The position numbers and the translations under genes were made by a program. From Escherichia coli (GTDB lineage Bacteria; Pseudomonadota; Gammaproteobacteria; Enterobacterales; Enterobacteriaceae): a DNA stretch of 64,000 nucleotides. Below the pieces are notes generated by a model that was not told the origin of the DNA, ran no database searches, and saw only the letters and a list, made by a program, of their open reading frames with translations. This document shows, in pieces, positions 1 to 13,091 of the stretch; position 1 is the first letter of the stretch; the number at the start of each line of letters is the position of its first letter. The stretch lies in assembly GCF_002854065.1 (NCBI RefSeq), contig NZ_CP024147.1, one strand, 5' to 3'.

Positions 1-304
1 CTTCACAGTCAGACCCTGTCTGGAACTGATAACGATCGCCGTATTCAGCGCGCAATGCCTGGTGATTGTAGATTTCACCGTTTACCGCCAGTACGTGGGT
101 TTTTTGTTGGTTGTAGAGAGGTTGCGCCCCCGCGTTAACGTCAACAATTGACAGACGTTCGTGGGCGAGAATGGCGTTATCACTGGCATAAATACCGGAC
201 CAGTCCGGGCCACGATGACGCATCAGGCGTGACAGCTCGAGTGCTTTCTTACGCAGCTCAACTGCGTCTGTTTTGATATCGAATACGCCAAAAATTGAAC
301 ACAT
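1..304 (-). CDS. asnB: asparagine synthetase B, N-terminal part (gene continues beyond window start)
   Basis: Reverse-strand translation from the ATG at 302-304 reads MCSIFGVFDIKTDAVELRKKALELSRLMRHRGPDWSG..., the glutamine-amidotransferase N-terminus of AsnB; frame stays open to position 1. Confidence 0.85.
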   Translation of the reverse strand, partial: MCSIFGVFDIKTDAVELRKKALELSRLMRHRGPDWSGIYASDNAILAHERLSIVDVNAGAQPLYNQQKTHVLAVNGEIYNHQALRAEYGDRYQFQTGSDCE

Positions 305-559
305 AACCTTCTCCGTTAACCTGGTATTTGTTGCTTGTTGTGTTTGCTTGTTTAAAAAAATGCCGCAAAGCAGCACTGTGCGCAAGCGATTTGGCGGTGA
401 AAAAATAAAAACGTAATGGTGATTGCTGATTTGTGAAAAAGGGGAGGGTGCGGTGATGTATTTATTGATGGATCGATAATTTTTGGCGAGTTTTATTGAA
501 TGGTATGATTTTAATGATGGGTAAAAATAAGAAACCACGTCCTGAGACGTGGTTGCTAT

Positions 560-1312
560 TCAGATAACGTCGATTTCAGCGACCGATGGGTAAATCCAGC
601 TGGGGCGGAACGGCATACTGTCGATATCGTCGAGCGATGAAACACCAGAAAGCACCAGAATCGTCTCCAGACCGGCCTGGAAGCCGGCCAGAATATCGGT
701 ACGCAGGTTATCGCCGACAATCACCGTTTCTTCCGAATGTGCCTGCATTTTGTTTAATGCCGCGCGGATAATCCACGGACTCGGCTTACCAACATAGAAC
801 GGTTTGCGCCCGGAGATTTTCTCAATCCCTGCACACAACGCGCCACAGGCCGGATAAAAACCGCGCCCGTGAGTATCCGGGTTGGTGGCGATAAAGCGTG
901 CACCGTTAGCGACGAAATAGGCCGCTTTATGCATCATGTCCCAGTTGTAGGAACGCGTTTCGCCAACAATCACGAAATCAGGGTTCACATCGGTAATAGT
1001 GAAACCGGCTTTGTACAGTTCATGAATCAGTGCGCCTTCGCCCACCACATACGCTTTCTTGCCTTCCTGGCGACGCAGGAAATCGGCGGTCGCCATCGCA
1101 GAGGTATAAAACACGCTGTCAGGTACATCGACACCGGCAGTGGCAAAGCGGTTCGCCAGATCTTGCCCGGTCTGCGAAGGATAGTTGGTCAGCAACACCA
1201 GCGGCAGGCCTTTATCCATAATCCCGTGCAAAAATTCCGCTGCACCCGGTACGGCGACGTTATCGTGCATCAGCACGCCGTCGATATCGCAAATTACATT
1301 TTTAATGGTCAT
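560..1312 (-). CDS. nagD: HAD-family ribonucleotide monophosphatase NagD (UmpH)
   Basis: 250-aa ORF beginning MTIKNVICDIDGVLMHDN (HAD DxDG motif); last gene of the nag operon by synteny. Confidence 0.93.
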   Translation of the reverse strand: MTIKNVICDIDGVLMHDNVAVPGAAEFLHGIMDKGLPLVLLTNYPSQTGQDLANRFATAGVDVPDSVFYTSAMATADFLRRQEGKKAYVVGEGALIHELYKAGFTITDVNPDFVIVGETRSYNWDMMHKAAYFVANGARFIATNPDTHGRGFYPACGALCAGIEKISGRKPFYVGKPSPWIIRAALNKMQAHSEETVIVGDNLRTDILAGFQAGLETILVLSGVSSLDDIDSMPFRPSWIYPSVAEIDVI

Positions 1313-1359
1313 GGACTACCCAGAATATTGACAACAATAAGCGCCACTATAAAAGCACA

Positions 1360-2580
1360 TTAATTTTCCAGCAAATGCTGGAGCAAAATACCGTTGAGCA
1401 TGGCGCGTTTTACCAGCGCAAAAGCGCCGATTGCCGAGCGGTGATCCAGCTCAGAACGTACCACCGGCAGATTAGTACGAAACGCCTTCAGCGCCTGAGT
1501 ATTAATGCAGCTTTCAATAGCAGGGAGCAGCACTTTATCGGCTTCCGTGATTTCTCCGGCAATAACAATTTTTTGCGGGTTAAACAGGTTGATGGCAATG
1601 GCGATGGTTTTGCCCAGATGACGACCGACATACTCAATCACTTCCGAGGCCAGGCTATCGCCTTTGTTCGCGGCTTTGCAGATAGTTTTGATGGTGCAGT
1701 CGTCCAGCGGCACGCGGCTCTGGTAGCCCTGCTTTAACAGATTCAACACCCGTTGTTCAATAGCGGCGTTGGCAGCGATAGTTTCCAGGCAGCCAAAGTT
1801 GCCGCAGTGGCAGCGTTCACCCAGCGGTTCGACCTGAATATGGCCAATTTCACCGACGTTACCGTTGCGGCCAATAAAAATGCGCCCGTTAGAGATAATC
1901 CCGGCCCCGGTTCCGCGATGGACACGCACCAGAATGGAGTCTTCGCAATCCTGACTTGCACCGAAGTAGTGCTCCGCCAGCGCCAGACTACGGATATCGT
2001 GACCAACGAAACAGGTCACTTTAAAACGCTCTTCCAGTGCTTCTACCAGCCCCCAGTTTTCTACCTGAATATGCGGCATGTAATGAATTTTGCCGCTGTC
2101 CGGGTCAACAAGCCCTGGCAGGATAACGGAAATGGCGATCAGCTCGCGCAGTTTGCGCTGGTAGCTATCAATAAACTGAGCAATGGCATTCAGCAGGGCA
2201 TGTTCCAGCGTCTGCTGGGTACGTTCCGGCAGCGGGTAATGTTCTTCTGCCAGCACTTTGCTGCTGAGATCAAACAGAGTGATGGTGGCGTCATGACGAC
2301 CAAGCCGTACGCCGATTGCGTGGAAATTGCGGGTTTCGGTGACGATGGAGATAGCGCGGCGGCCCCCGGTGGAGGCCTGCTGATCAACTTCTTTGATCAG
2401 CCCGCGTTCGATAAGCTGACGCGTAATTTTGGTTACACTGGCGGGGGCAAGCTGGCTTTGCTCGGCAATCTGAATCCGCGAGATTGGCCCGTACTGGTCA
2501 ATCAGGCGATAAACCGCCGCGCTGTTAAGCTGTTTTACGAGATCAACATTACCTATCTGAGCTTGTCCGCCTGGTGTCAT
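1360..2580 (-). CDS. nagC: N-acetylglucosamine repressor NagC (ROK family)
   Basis: 406-aa ORF with N-terminal HTH and ROK sugar-kinase-like body including a CHCGNFGCLE zinc motif; position between nagA and nagD. Confidence 0.93.
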   Translation of the reverse strand: MTPGGQAQIGNVDLVKQLNSAAVYRLIDQYGPISRIQIAEQSQLAPASVTKITRQLIERGLIKEVDQQASTGGRRAISIVTETRNFHAIGVRLGRHDATITLFDLSSKVLAEEHYPLPERTQQTLEHALLNAIAQFIDSYQRKLRELIAISVILPGLVDPDSGKIHYMPHIQVENWGLVEALEERFKVTCFVGHDIRSLALAEHYFGASQDCEDSILVRVHRGTGAGIISNGRIFIGRNGNVGEIGHIQVEPLGERCHCGNFGCLETIAANAAIEQRVLNLLKQGYQSRVPLDDCTIKTICKAANKGDSLASEVIEYVGRHLGKTIAIAINLFNPQKIVIAGEITEADKVLLPAIESCINTQALKAFRTNLPVVRSELDHRSAIGAFALVKRAMLNGILLQHLLEN

Positions 2581-2588
2581 ACTTTCTC

Positions 2589-4597
<2,009 letters not shown>

Positions 4598-4929
4598 TAT
4601 TCACCTCAATAAGTAAAATGTAAGCCGTTGGCGGATTAGGCATCTTTAAGCGTAACCTGGATTTGCGCAGACAGGCGTCAATCCGACCTGATTTTTTGAA
4701 TGATAAAATAAGTTTTCTGGTTTAGCCAGTAAAAGGGAGTGATGATAACGATATTTGGTGACAAAACTCACAAAAGACACGCGTTTAATTTGCGATACGA
4801 ATTAAATTTTCACACACTCTGTAGCAGATGATCTAACAATCTGATTACAGAACATCGGCAGTACAATTTGCAGCAAAATAAAAATACGGCTTTAAACGAG
4901 CCAAATAGGGTTCTCGTAGGGGGAATAAG
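4598..4929. promoter_or_regulatory. nagE-nagB divergent control region; CRP-like site GGTGAcaaaacTCACA at about 4756-4773
   Basis: 332 bp AT-rich intergenic region between divergent nagB and nagE; half-site pattern TGTGA-N6-TCACA seen by eye; NagC/CRP control here is established for E. coli. Confidence 0.5.
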
Positions 4930-6876
4930 ATGAATATTTTAGGTTTTTTCCAGCGACTCGGTAGGGCGTTACAGCTCCCTATCGCGGTGCTGCCGGTGGC
5001 GGCACTGTTGCTGCGATTCGGTCAGCCAGATTTACTTAACGTTGCGTTTATTGCCCAGGCGGGCGGTGCGATTTTTGATAACCTCGCATTAATCTTCGCC
5101 ATCGGTGTGGCATCCAGCTGGTCGAAAGACAGCGCAGGTGCGGCGGCGCTGGCGGGTGCGGTAGGTTACTTTGTGTTAACCAAAGCGATGGTGACCATCA
5201 ACCCAGAAATTAACATGGGTGTACTGGCGGGTATCATTACCGGTCTGGTTGGTGGCGCAGCCTATAACCGTTGGTCCGATATTAAACTGCCGGACTTCCT
5301 GAGCTTCTTCGGCGGCAAACGCTTTGTGCCGATCGCCACCGGCTTCTTCTGTCTGGTGCTGGCGGCCATTTTTGGTTACGTCTGGCCGCCGGTACAGCAC
5401 GCTATCCATGCAGGCGGCGAGTGGATCGTTTCTGCGGGCGCGCTGGGTTCCGGTATCTTTGGTTTCATCAACCGTCTGCTGATCCCAACCGGTCTGCATC
5501 AGGTGCTGAACACCATCGCCTGGTTCCAGATTGGTGAATTCACCAACGCGGCGGGTACGGTTTTCCACGGCGACATCAACCGTTTCTACGCTGGTGACGG
5601 CACCGCGGGGATGTTCATGTCCGGCTTCTTCCCGATCATGATGTTCGGTCTGCCGGGTGCGGCGCTGGCGATGTACTTCGCAGCACCGAAAGAGCGTCGT
5701 CCGATGGTTGGCGGGATGCTGCTTTCTGTTGCTGTTACTGCGTTCCTGACCGGTGTGACTGAGCCGCTGGAATTCCTGTTCATGTTCCTTGCTCCGCTGC
5801 TGTACCTCCTGCACGCACTGCTGACCGGTATCAGCCTGTTTGTGGCAACGCTGCTGGGTATCCATGCTGGCTTCTCTTTCTCTGCGGGGGCTATCGACTA
5901 CGCGTTGATGTATAACCTGCCGGCCGCCAGCCAGAACGTCTGGATGCTGCTGGTTATGGGGGTTGTCTTCTTCGCTATCTACTTCGTGGTGTTCAGTTTG
6001 GTTATCCGCATGTTCAACCTGAAAACGCCGGGTCGTGAAGATAAAGAAGACGAGATCGTTACTGAAGAAGCCAACAGCAACACTGAAGAAGGCCTCAATC
6101 AACTGGCGACCAACTATATTGCTGCGGTTGGCGGCACTGACAACCTGAAAGCAATTGACGCCTGTATCACCCGTCTGCGCCTTACAGTGGCTGACTCTGC
6201 CCGCGTTAACGATACGATGTGTAAACGTCTGGGTGCTTCTGGTGTAGTAAAACTGAACAAACAGACTATTCAGGTGATTGTTGGCGCGAAAGCAGAATCC
6301 ATCGGCGATGCGATGAAGAAAGTCGTTGCCCGTGGCCCGGTAGCAGCTGCCTCTGCTGAAGCAACTCCGGCAACTACCGCTCCTGTAGCAAAACCGCAGG
6401 CTGTACCAAACGCGGTATCTATCGCGGAGCTGGTATCGCCGATTACCGGTGATGTCGTGGCACTGGATCAGGTTCCTGACGAAGCATTCGCCAGCAAAGC
6501 GGTGGGTGACGGTGTGGCGGTGAAACCGACAGATAAAATCGTCGTATCACCAGCCGCAGGGACAATCGTGAAAATCTTCAACACCAACCACGCGTTCTGT
6601 CTGGAAACCGATAAAGGCGCGGAGATCGTCGTCCATATGGGTATCGACACCGTAGCGCTGGAAGGTAAAGGCTTTAAACGTCTGGTGGAAGAGGGCGCGC
6701 AGGTAAGCGCAGGACAACCGATTCTGGAAATGGATCTGGATTACCTGAACGCTAACGCCCGTTCGATGATTAGCCCGGTGGTTTGCAGCAATATCGACGA
6801 TTTCAGCGGCCTTATCATTAAAGCTCAGGGGCATGTTGTGGCGGGTCAAACGCCGCTGTATGAAATCAAAAAGTAA
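4930..6876 (+). CDS. nagE: PTS N-acetylglucosamine-specific EIICBA component
   Basis: 648-aa ORF with N-terminal polytopic membrane EIIC, then EIIB (NLKAIDACITRLR) and EIIA domains. Confidence 0.94.
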   Translation: MNILGFFQRLGRALQLPIAVLPVAALLLRFGQPDLLNVAFIAQAGGAIFDNLALIFAIGVASSWSKDSAGAAALAGAVGYFVLTKAMVTINPEINMGVLAGIITGLVGGAAYNRWSDIKLPDFLSFFGGKRFVPIATGFFCLVLAAIFGYVWPPVQHAIHAGGEWIVSAGALGSGIFGFINRLLIPTGLHQVLNTIAWFQIGEFTNAAGTVFHGDINRFYAGDGTAGMFMSGFFPIMMFGLPGAALAMYFAAPKERRPMVGGMLLSVAVTAFLTGVTEPLEFLFMFLAPLLYLLHALLTGISLFVATLLGIHAGFSFSAGAIDYALMYNLPAASQNVWMLLVMGVVFFAIYFVVFSLVIRMFNLKTPGREDKEDEIVTEEANSNTEEGLNQLATNYIAAVGGTDNLKAIDACITRLRLTVADSARVNDTMCKRLGASGVVKLNKQTIQVIVGAKAESIGDAMKKVVARGPVAAASAEATPATTAPVAKPQAVPNAVSIAELVSPITGDVVALDQVPDEAFASKAVGDGVAVKPTDKIVVSPAAGTIVKIFNTNHAFCLETDKGAEIVVHMGIDTVALEGKGFKRLVEEGAQVSAGQPILEMDLDYLNANARSMISPVVCSNIDDFSGLIIKAQGHVVAGQTPLYEIKK

Positions 6877-6886
6877 TCTGCTTTAT

Positions 6887-6967
6887 GCCTGATGCGACGC
6901 TTGACGCGTCTTATCAGGCCTACAAAAGCTCAGTCCAGGTTGGATAAGACGCTTAAGCGTCGCATCC
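6887..6967. repeat. REP (BIME) elements downstream of nagE
   Basis: Two copies of the GCCTGATGCGACGC...CTTATCAGGCCTAC palindromic unit read directly. Confidence 0.8.
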
Positions 6968-6987
6968 AACAATGACGCAGGACTGGC

Positions 6988-7023
6988 AAAAGCGGTGGAG
7001 ATCTTCTCTGCCGCTTTTTTTTT
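6988..7023 (+). terminator. putative intrinsic terminator after nagE
   Basis: GC stem (agcgg...ccgct) followed by a T9 run. Confidence 0.5.
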
Positions 7024-7143
7024 CATCAATCATCCCCATAATCCTTGTTAGATTATCAATTTTAAAAAACTAACAGTTGTCAGCCTGTCCCGCTTATAAG
7101 ATCATACGCCGTTATACGTTGTTTACGCTTTGAGGAATCCACG

Positions 7144-8808
7144 ATGAGTGAGGCAGAAGCCCGCCCGACTAACTTTATTCGTCAGATCATCGATGAAGAT
7201 CTGGCCAGTGGTAAGCACACCACAGTACACACCCGTTTTCCGCCGGAGCCGAATGGCTATCTGCATATCGGTCATGCGAAATCTATCTGCCTGAACTTCG
7301 GGATCGCCCAGGACTATAAAGGCCAGTGCAACCTGCGTTTCGACGACACTAACCCGGTAAAAGAAGATATCGAGTATGTCGATTCGATCAAAAACGACGT
7401 AGAGTGGTTAGGTTTTCACTGGTCTGGTAACGTCCGTTACTCCTCCGATTATTTTGATCAGCTCCACGCCTATGCGATCGAACTGATCAATAAAGGCCTG
7501 GCGTACGTTGATGAACTGACGCCGGAACAGATCCGCGAATACCGCGGCACCCTGACGCAGCCGGGTAAAAACAGCCCGTACCGCGACCGTAGCGTTGAAG
7601 AGAACCTGGCGCTGTTCGAGAAAATGCGTACCGGCGGTTTTGAAGAAGGTAAAGCCTGCCTGCGTGCGAAAATCGACATGGCTTCACCGTTTATCGTGAT
7701 GCGCGATCCGGTGCTGTACCGCATTAAATTTGCTGAACACCACCAGACTGGCAACAAGTGGTGCATCTACCCGATGTACGACTTCACCCACTGCATCAGC
7801 GATGCCCTGGAAGGTATTACGCACTCTCTGTGTACGCTTGAGTTCCAGGATAACCGTCGTCTGTACGACTGGGTACTGGACAACATCACCATTCCTGTTC
7901 ACCCGCGCCAATACGAATTCTCGCGCCTGAATCTGGAATACACTGTGATGTCCAAGCGTAAGCTGAACCTGCTGGTGACCGATAAGCACGTTGAAGGCTG
8001 GGATGACCCGCGTATGCCGACCATTTCCGGTCTGCGTCGTCGTGGTTACACTGCGGCTTCTATTCGTGAGTTCTGCAAACGCATCGGCGTGACCAAGCAG
8101 GACAACACCATTGAGATGGCGTCGCTGGAATCCTGCATCCGTGAAGATCTCAACGAAAACGCCCCGCGCGCAATGGCGGTTATCGATCCGGTGAAACTGG
8201 TTATCGAAAACTATCAGGGCGAAGGCGAAATGGTTACCATGCCGAACCATCCGAACAAACCGGAAATGGGGAGCCGTCAGGTGCCGTTTAGCGGTGAGAT
8301 TTGGATCGATCGCGCCGATTTCCGCGAAGAAGCTAACAAGCAGTACAAACGTCTGGTGCTCGGTAAAGAAGTGCGTCTGCGTAATGCTTATGTGATTAAG
8401 GCAGAACGCGTCGAGAAAGATGCCGAAGGTAATATCACCACCATCTTCTGTACTTATGACGCCGACACCTTAAGCAAAGATCCGGCAGATGGTCGTAAAG
8501 TCAAAGGTGTTATTCACTGGGTGAGCGCGGCACATGCGCTGCCGGTTGAAATCCGTTTGTATGATCGTCTGTTCAGCGTGCCTAACCCAGGTGCTGCGGA
8601 TGATTTCCTGTCGGTGATTAACCCGGAATCGCTGGTGATCAAACAGGGCTTTGCTGAACCGTCGCTGAAAGATGCGGTAGCGGGTAAAGCATTCCAGTTT
8701 GAGCGTGAAGGTTACTTCTGCCTCGACAGCCGCCATTCCACTGCCGAAAAACCGGTATTTAACCGCACCGTTGGGCTGCGTGATACCTGGGCGAAAGTTG
8801 GCGAGTAA
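7144..8808 (+). CDS. glnS: glutaminyl-tRNA synthetase
   Basis: 554-aa ORF with class-I aaRS HIGH motif ([14 protein letters not shown]) and VMSKR (KMSKS-like) motif. Confidence 0.95.
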   Translation: MSEAEARPTNFIRQIIDEDLASGKHTTVHTRFPPEPNGYLHIGHAKSICLNFGIAQDYKGQCNLRFDDTNPVKEDIEYVDSIKNDVEWLGFHWSGNVRYSSDYFDQLHAYAIELINKGLAYVDELTPEQIREYRGTLTQPGKNSPYRDRSVEENLALFEKMRTGGFEEGKACLRAKIDMASPFIVMRDPVLYRIKFAEHHQTGNKWCIYPMYDFTHCISDALEGITHSLCTLEFQDNRRLYDWVLDNITIPVHPRQYEFSRLNLEYTVMSKRKLNLLVTDKHVEGWDDPRMPTISGLRRRGYTAASIREFCKRIGVTKQDNTIEMASLESCIREDLNENAPRAMAVIDPVKLVIENYQGEGEMVTMPNHPNKPEMGSRQVPFSGEIWIDRADFREEANKQYKRLVLGKEVRLRNAYVIKAERVEKDAEGNITTIFCTYDADTLSKDPADGRKVKGVIHWVSAAHALPVEIRLYDRLFSVPNPGAADDFLSVINPESLVIKQGFAEPSLKDAVAGKAFQFEREGYFCLDSRHSTAEKPVFNRTVGLRDTWAKVGE

Positions 8809-8820
8809 TTTTAAGTTTTA

Positions 8821-8985
8821 CCTGGCCGGGTGAAGCGTTTACGTCGCATCCGGCAAGGAACAGACAAACAGTTTCAAACGCTAAATTGCCTGATGCGCTA
8901 CGCTTATCAGGCCTACATGATCTCTGCAATATATTGAGTTTGCGTGCTTTTGTAGGCCGGATAAGGCGTTCACGCCGCATCCGGC
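8821..8985. repeat. REP/BIME cluster downstream of glnS
   Basis: Three REP units (GCCGGATGCGACG..., GCCTGATGCGCTACGCTTATCAGGCCTAC, GTAGGCCGGATAAGGCG...). Confidence 0.8.
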
Positions 8986-9007
8986 AAGAAACATGCAAAC
9001 AATCCCA

Positions 9008-9032
9008 AACGCCGCGGTCTGCGGCGTTTTTT
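9008..9032 (+). terminator. intrinsic terminator
   Basis: aacgccgc-ggtct-gcggcgtt hairpin followed by TTTTTT. Confidence 0.7.
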
Positions 9033-9387
9033 CTGCTTTTCTTCGCGAATTAATTCCGCTTCGCAATTTATCCATAAAATAAATTTAAAATAACAAAACA
9101 TAATTAAATAAAATATAACCGCTTTCATCTTGCTGGAAATTCACGCTTTTATTCTTCTGCAAGCCTTTCAACCGCAAACTTAAGCCTTGTAACAAAAATC
9201 ATCAAAATATGTGCGGTTGCTCATGTTCTTACATTCTGGTTACAGAAAGAGATTGATAATTCGCGTCGCGAAAAATAGTCTGTTCCTGTAGTCAGCGAGA
9301 CTTTTCTCAACGCTACTTTTTTAATTTTTATTTTTTTTCGCTGTTCACCTTTGGTGCAGCAATTTATACGTCAAAGAGGATTAACCC

Positions 9388-10794
9388 ATGCGTACGTTTA
9401 GTGGCAAACGTAGTACGCTGGCGCTGGCTATCGCCGGTGTTACAGCAATGTCGGGCTTTATGGCAATGCCGGAGGCTCGCGCCGAAGGATTCATCGACGA
9501 TTCAACCTTAACCGGCGGTATATATTACTGGCAGCGTGAACGCGACCGTAAAGATGTTACCGACGGCGACAAATACAAAACCAACCTTTCTCACTCCACC
9601 TGGAATGCCAACCTCGATTTTCAGTCCGGTTATGCTGCTGATATGTTCGGCCTTGATATTGCTGCGTTTACGGCGATTGAAATGGCGGAAAACGGCGACA
9701 GCTCTCACCCGAACGAAATCGCGTTTTCAAAAAGTAATAAAGCCTATGACGAAGACTGGTCCGGCGACAAAAGCGGTATAAGCCTGTATAAAGCTGCGGC
9801 CAAATTTAAATACGGTCCGGTTTGGGCGAGGGCAGGTTATATTCAGCCAACCGGTCAGACGCTGTTAGCGCCTCACTGGAGCTTTATGCCGGGTACTTAT
9901 CAGGGTGCGGAAGCCGGAGCGAATTTTGATTACGGCGATGCTGGTGCGTTGAGTTTCTCCTACATGTGGACCAACGAATACAAAGCACCGTGGCATCTGG
10001 AAATGGATGAGTTTTATCAGAACGATAAAACCACCAAAGTTGATTATCTGCACTCCCTTGGGGCGAAATACGACTTCAAAAATAACTTCATACTGGAAGC
10101 GGCATTTGGTCAGGCGGAAGGGTATATCGATCAATATTTTGCCAAAGCCAGCTACAAATTTGATATCGCCGGTAGCCCGTTAACCACCAGCTACCAGTTC
10201 TACGGTACGCGCGATAAAGTTGACGATCGCAGCGTCAACGATCTTTATGACGGCACCGCCTGGCTGCAAGCGTTGACCTTTGGTTACCGGGCGGCTGACG
10301 TAGTGGATTTGCGCCTCGAAGGCACCTGGGTTAAGGCTGAAGGTCAGCAGGGATACTTCCTGCAACGTATGACTCCAACCTACGCTTCCTCCAACGGCCG
10401 CCTGGATATCTGGTGGGATAACCGTTCCGACTTCAACGCTAACGGCGAAAAAGCGGTCTTCTTCGGTGCGATGTATGACCTGAAAAACTGGAATCTTCCA
10501 GGCTTCGCCATCGGCGCTTCCTACGTTTACGCATGGGATGCAAAACCTGCGACCTGGCAGAGCAATCCGGATGCGTACTACGACAAGAACCGGACTATTG
10601 AAGAATCTGCATACAGCCTGGATGCGGTCTACACCATTCAGGATGGCCGCGCCAAGGGCACGATGTTCAAATTGCACTTCACCGAATACGACAACCACTC
10701 CGACATCCCAAGCTGGGGCGGTGGTTACGGCAACATCTTCCAGGATGAGCGTGACGTGAAATTTATGGTAATCGCACCATTCACCATCTTCTGA
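9388..10794 (+). CDS. chiP: chitoporin (OprD-family outer membrane porin)
   Basis: 468-aa ORF with signal peptide ([32 protein letters not shown]) and C-terminal aromatic residue typical of beta-barrel porins; followed by chiQ. Confidence 0.9.
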   Translation: MRTFSGKRSTLALAIAGVTAMSGFMAMPEARAEGFIDDSTLTGGIYYWQRERDRKDVTDGDKYKTNLSHSTWNANLDFQSGYAADMFGLDIAAFTAIEMAENGDSSHPNEIAFSKSNKAYDEDWSGDKSGISLYKAAAKFKYGPVWARAGYIQPTGQTLLAPHWSFMPGTYQGAEAGANFDYGDAGALSFSYMWTNEYKAPWHLEMDEFYQNDKTTKVDYLHSLGAKYDFKNNFILEAAFGQAEGYIDQYFAKASYKFDIAGSPLTTSYQFYGTRDKVDDRSVNDLYDGTAWLQALTFGYRAADVVDLRLEGTWVKAEGQQGYFLQRMTPTYASSNGRLDIWWDNRSDFNANGEKAVFFGAMYDLKNWNLPGFAIGASYVYAWDAKPATWQSNPDAYYDKNRTIEESAYSLDAVYTIQDGRAKGTMFKLHFTEYDNHSDIPSWGGGYGNIFQDERDVKFMVIAPFTIF

Positions 10795-10843
10795 TGCCCG
10801 ACGCGGCAGGTTTTGTGCCTGCCGCACATTTGAGGAATTTGCT

Positions 10844-11170
10844 ATGAAAAAACTGATTCTCATCGCCATGATGGCATCGGGGCTGGTGGCTTGTGCGCAA
10901 TCAACCGCGCCACAGGAAGACAGCCGTCTGAAAGAGGCATACAGCGCCTGTATCAACACCGCACAAGGTTCGCCAGAAAAAATTGAAGCCTGCCAGAGCG
11001 TGTTAAACGTGCTGAAGAAAGAGAAACAACATCAGCAGTTTGCCGACCAGGAAAGTGTACGCGTACTGGATTATCAGCAGTGTCTGCGTGCAACGCAAAC
11101 CGGAAATGATCAGGCGGTGAAAGCCGATTGTGATAAGGTCTGGCAGGAAATTCGCAGTAATAACAAATAA
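10844..11170 (+). CDS. chiQ: lipoprotein ChiQ
   Basis: 108-aa ORF with lipobox (LVAC) signal; immediately downstream of chiP. Confidence 0.85.
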   Translation: MKKLILIAMMASGLVACAQSTAPQEDSRLKEAYSACINTAQGSPEKIEACQSVLNVLKKEKQHQQFADQESVRVLDYQQCLRATQTGNDQAVKADCDKVWQEIRSNNK

Positions 11171-11210
11171 GTGAGAGCTGTAACTCTCGCTTTTCTTATT
11201 TCCCTTGCAT

Positions 11211-11238
11211 AAAAAAGCCAACCTACAGGTTGGCTTTT
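11211..11238. terminator. bidirectional intrinsic terminator between chiQ and fur
   Basis: A6-gccaacct-ac-aggttggc-TTTT hairpin flanked by A and T runs. Confidence 0.7.
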
Positions 11239-11253
11239 CTCGTTCAGACTGGC

Positions 11254-11700
11254 TTATTTGCCTTCGTGCGCGTGCTCATCTTCGCGGCAATCGCCTTCGG
11301 CACAGTGACCGTAAAGATAGAGACTGTGGTTAGTCAGGCGAATGCCATGTTTTGCGGCAATTTCACGCTGACGCGCTTCGATGGAATCATCACTAAATTC
11401 GATAACCTTGCCGCAGTCGAGGCAGATCAGGTGATCGTGGTGATGTTGCTGTGTCAGTTCAAATACGGATTTACCGCCTTCAAAATTGTGGCGGGTGACG
11501 ATACCAGCGTCGTCAAACTGGTTCAGTACGCGATATACCGTAGCCAGACCAATTTCTTCACCCATATCGATCAGACGTTTGTATAAATCTTCCGCACTGA
11601 CGTGATGGTTGTCCGGCTCCTGAAGGACTTCCAGGATTTTTAAACGAGGAAGCGTTACTTTCAGGCCAGCTTTCTTTAGGGCGGTATTGTTATCAGTCAT
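11254..11700 (-). CDS. fur: ferric uptake regulator
   Basis: 148-aa ORF MTDNNTALKKAGLKVTLPRLKILEVL...; C-terminal His/Cys-rich metal site. Confidence 0.95.
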   Translation of the reverse strand: MTDNNTALKKAGLKVTLPRLKILEVLQEPDNHHVSAEDLYKRLIDMGEEIGLATVYRVLNQFDDAGIVTRHNFEGGKSVFELTQQHHHDHLICLDCGKVIEFSDDSIEARQREIAAKHGIRLTNHSLYLYGHCAEGDCREDEHAHEGK

Positions 11701-11779
11701 GCGGAATCTGTCCTGTTACTAAGCGGTTCACTTCATTAGAAGAAGTGACAGAATTTGCTCTTGAGATAATGCGTATCAT
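11693..11779 (-). CDS. uof: uof leader peptide (upstream of fur), translationally coupled to fur
   Basis: 28-codon ORF MIRIISRANSVTSSNEVNRLVTGQIPHD whose stop overlaps the fur start (ATGACTGA); matches the known uof arrangement. Confidence 0.75.
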   Translation of the reverse strand: MIRIISRANSVTSSNEVNRLVTGQIPHD

Positions 11780-11988
11780 TATAGAATTGCCACGCCTAAA
11801 TGAAAACCACAAGTCCCTGGCAAATATTGTTAATAAAAACGTGGCACAGCTTACATTTACAACGGCAAGGCCACTTGAACACCGGGACATTGTACAGGTA
11901 CAACAGCAAAAGTTACAAATTTGTAGCAATTATTTTGATTGGCATTATCTATTAATACGGCGTAGACATGAGTCTACGCCGCATCACA

Positions 11989-12519
11989 TCAGGCATTGAG
12001 AATTTCGTCGAGATGCAACTCTTCAGAAATCTGTTTAACCCATTTTTCTACACGTTCAGCGGTCAGTTCCGGCTGACGGTCTTCGTCGATAGCCAGACCG
12101 ACAAAGTGGTCGTCATCTGCCAGACCTTTTGATGCTTCGAAATGATAGCCCGCAGTTGGCCAGTGACCAACGATGGTTGCACCGCGCGGTTCAATGATGT
12201 CGCGGATGGTGCCCAATGCGTCGCAGAAATATTCGGCGTAATCTTCCTGGTCACCACAACCAAACAGCGCAACCAGTTTGCCATTGAAATCAATCTCTTC
12301 GAGAGTCGGGAAGAAGTCATCCCAGTCACACTGCGCTTCGCCGTAATACCAGGTTGGGATGCCCAGCAGCAGAATGTCATAAGCTTCCAGATCTTCTTTG
12401 CTGCTTTTTGCAATGTCATGGACATCGGCAACGTCTTTACCAAGCTGTTTTTGAATCATTTTTGCGATATTTTCGGTATTACCGGTGTCGCTGCCGAAAA
12501 AGATGCCAGTGATAGCCAT
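11989..12519 (-). CDS. fldA: flavodoxin 1
   Basis: 176-aa product starting [23 protein letters not shown] (flavodoxin FMN-binding loop); the upstream in-frame extension in the ORF track was not used. Confidence 0.92.
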
Positions 12520-12658
12520 GAGTGAAATAACCTCTTGAAACTTATTGAAATGGGGGTGGAAAATTGCCCACGGATAAAGGCAATCATAGCAGAACAGGCA
12601 GTCTTGCGGAATCAGCAAACGAGCAGGACTGCACACTGTGCTACATGAAAGTGGAAAT

Positions 12659-12952
12659 TTAAACGATGCCCTGACTACGCAGCGCCGCCAGTTGCTGCAT
12701 TAACATCTCTTCGATCAGTTCGCTACGGCTCATATTGCGCGATTCCGCCAGCTCGTTCAGCGCCTCGACAGCTTCCGCGTTCAGCTTCAGTTCGACACGC
12801 TTAAGGCCACGTACTTTGTCGCGTTTTAGTTGGTTGCGTTTATTAATACGCAGCTGTTCATCGCGCGAAAGCGGATTAGTTTTCGGTCGTCCCGGTCGAC
12901 GCTCGTGCGCGAACAGATCTAATGTCGTACGGTCCGTTTGTTCTTTGGCCAT
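12659..12952 (-). CDS. ybfE: small DNA-binding protein YbfE
   Basis: 97-aa product starting [14 protein letters not shown]; synteny between fldA and ybfF; start chosen at the internal ATG. Confidence 0.75.
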   Translation of the reverse strand: MAKEQTDRTTLDLFAHERRPGRPKTNPLSRDEQLRINKRNQLKRDKVRGLKRVELKLNAEAVEALNELAESRNMSRSELIEEMLMQQLAALRSQGIV

Positions 12953-13091
12953 GATCTTGGTGACTTCGGGGGAAACAATCAGCCAGGCCTCTGCCCGGAT
13001 GGATAGCGCGCCATAATACATCAGCGCGATGAGTCACGCCAACGCCCACGCGCGGAAAGCGACGCGGACGCTGGGTTTTTAATCAGTTGCG

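Noticed and set aside
8759-9075. ORFs of 64-86 aa within REP clusters after glnS (8759-8998, 8881-9075), sdhB (55064-55324) and sucB (59351-59614)
   Set aside because: They are composed of REP palindromes (translations contain the repeated ...RRIRQA..PDKR motifs characteristic of translated REP units); not coding.
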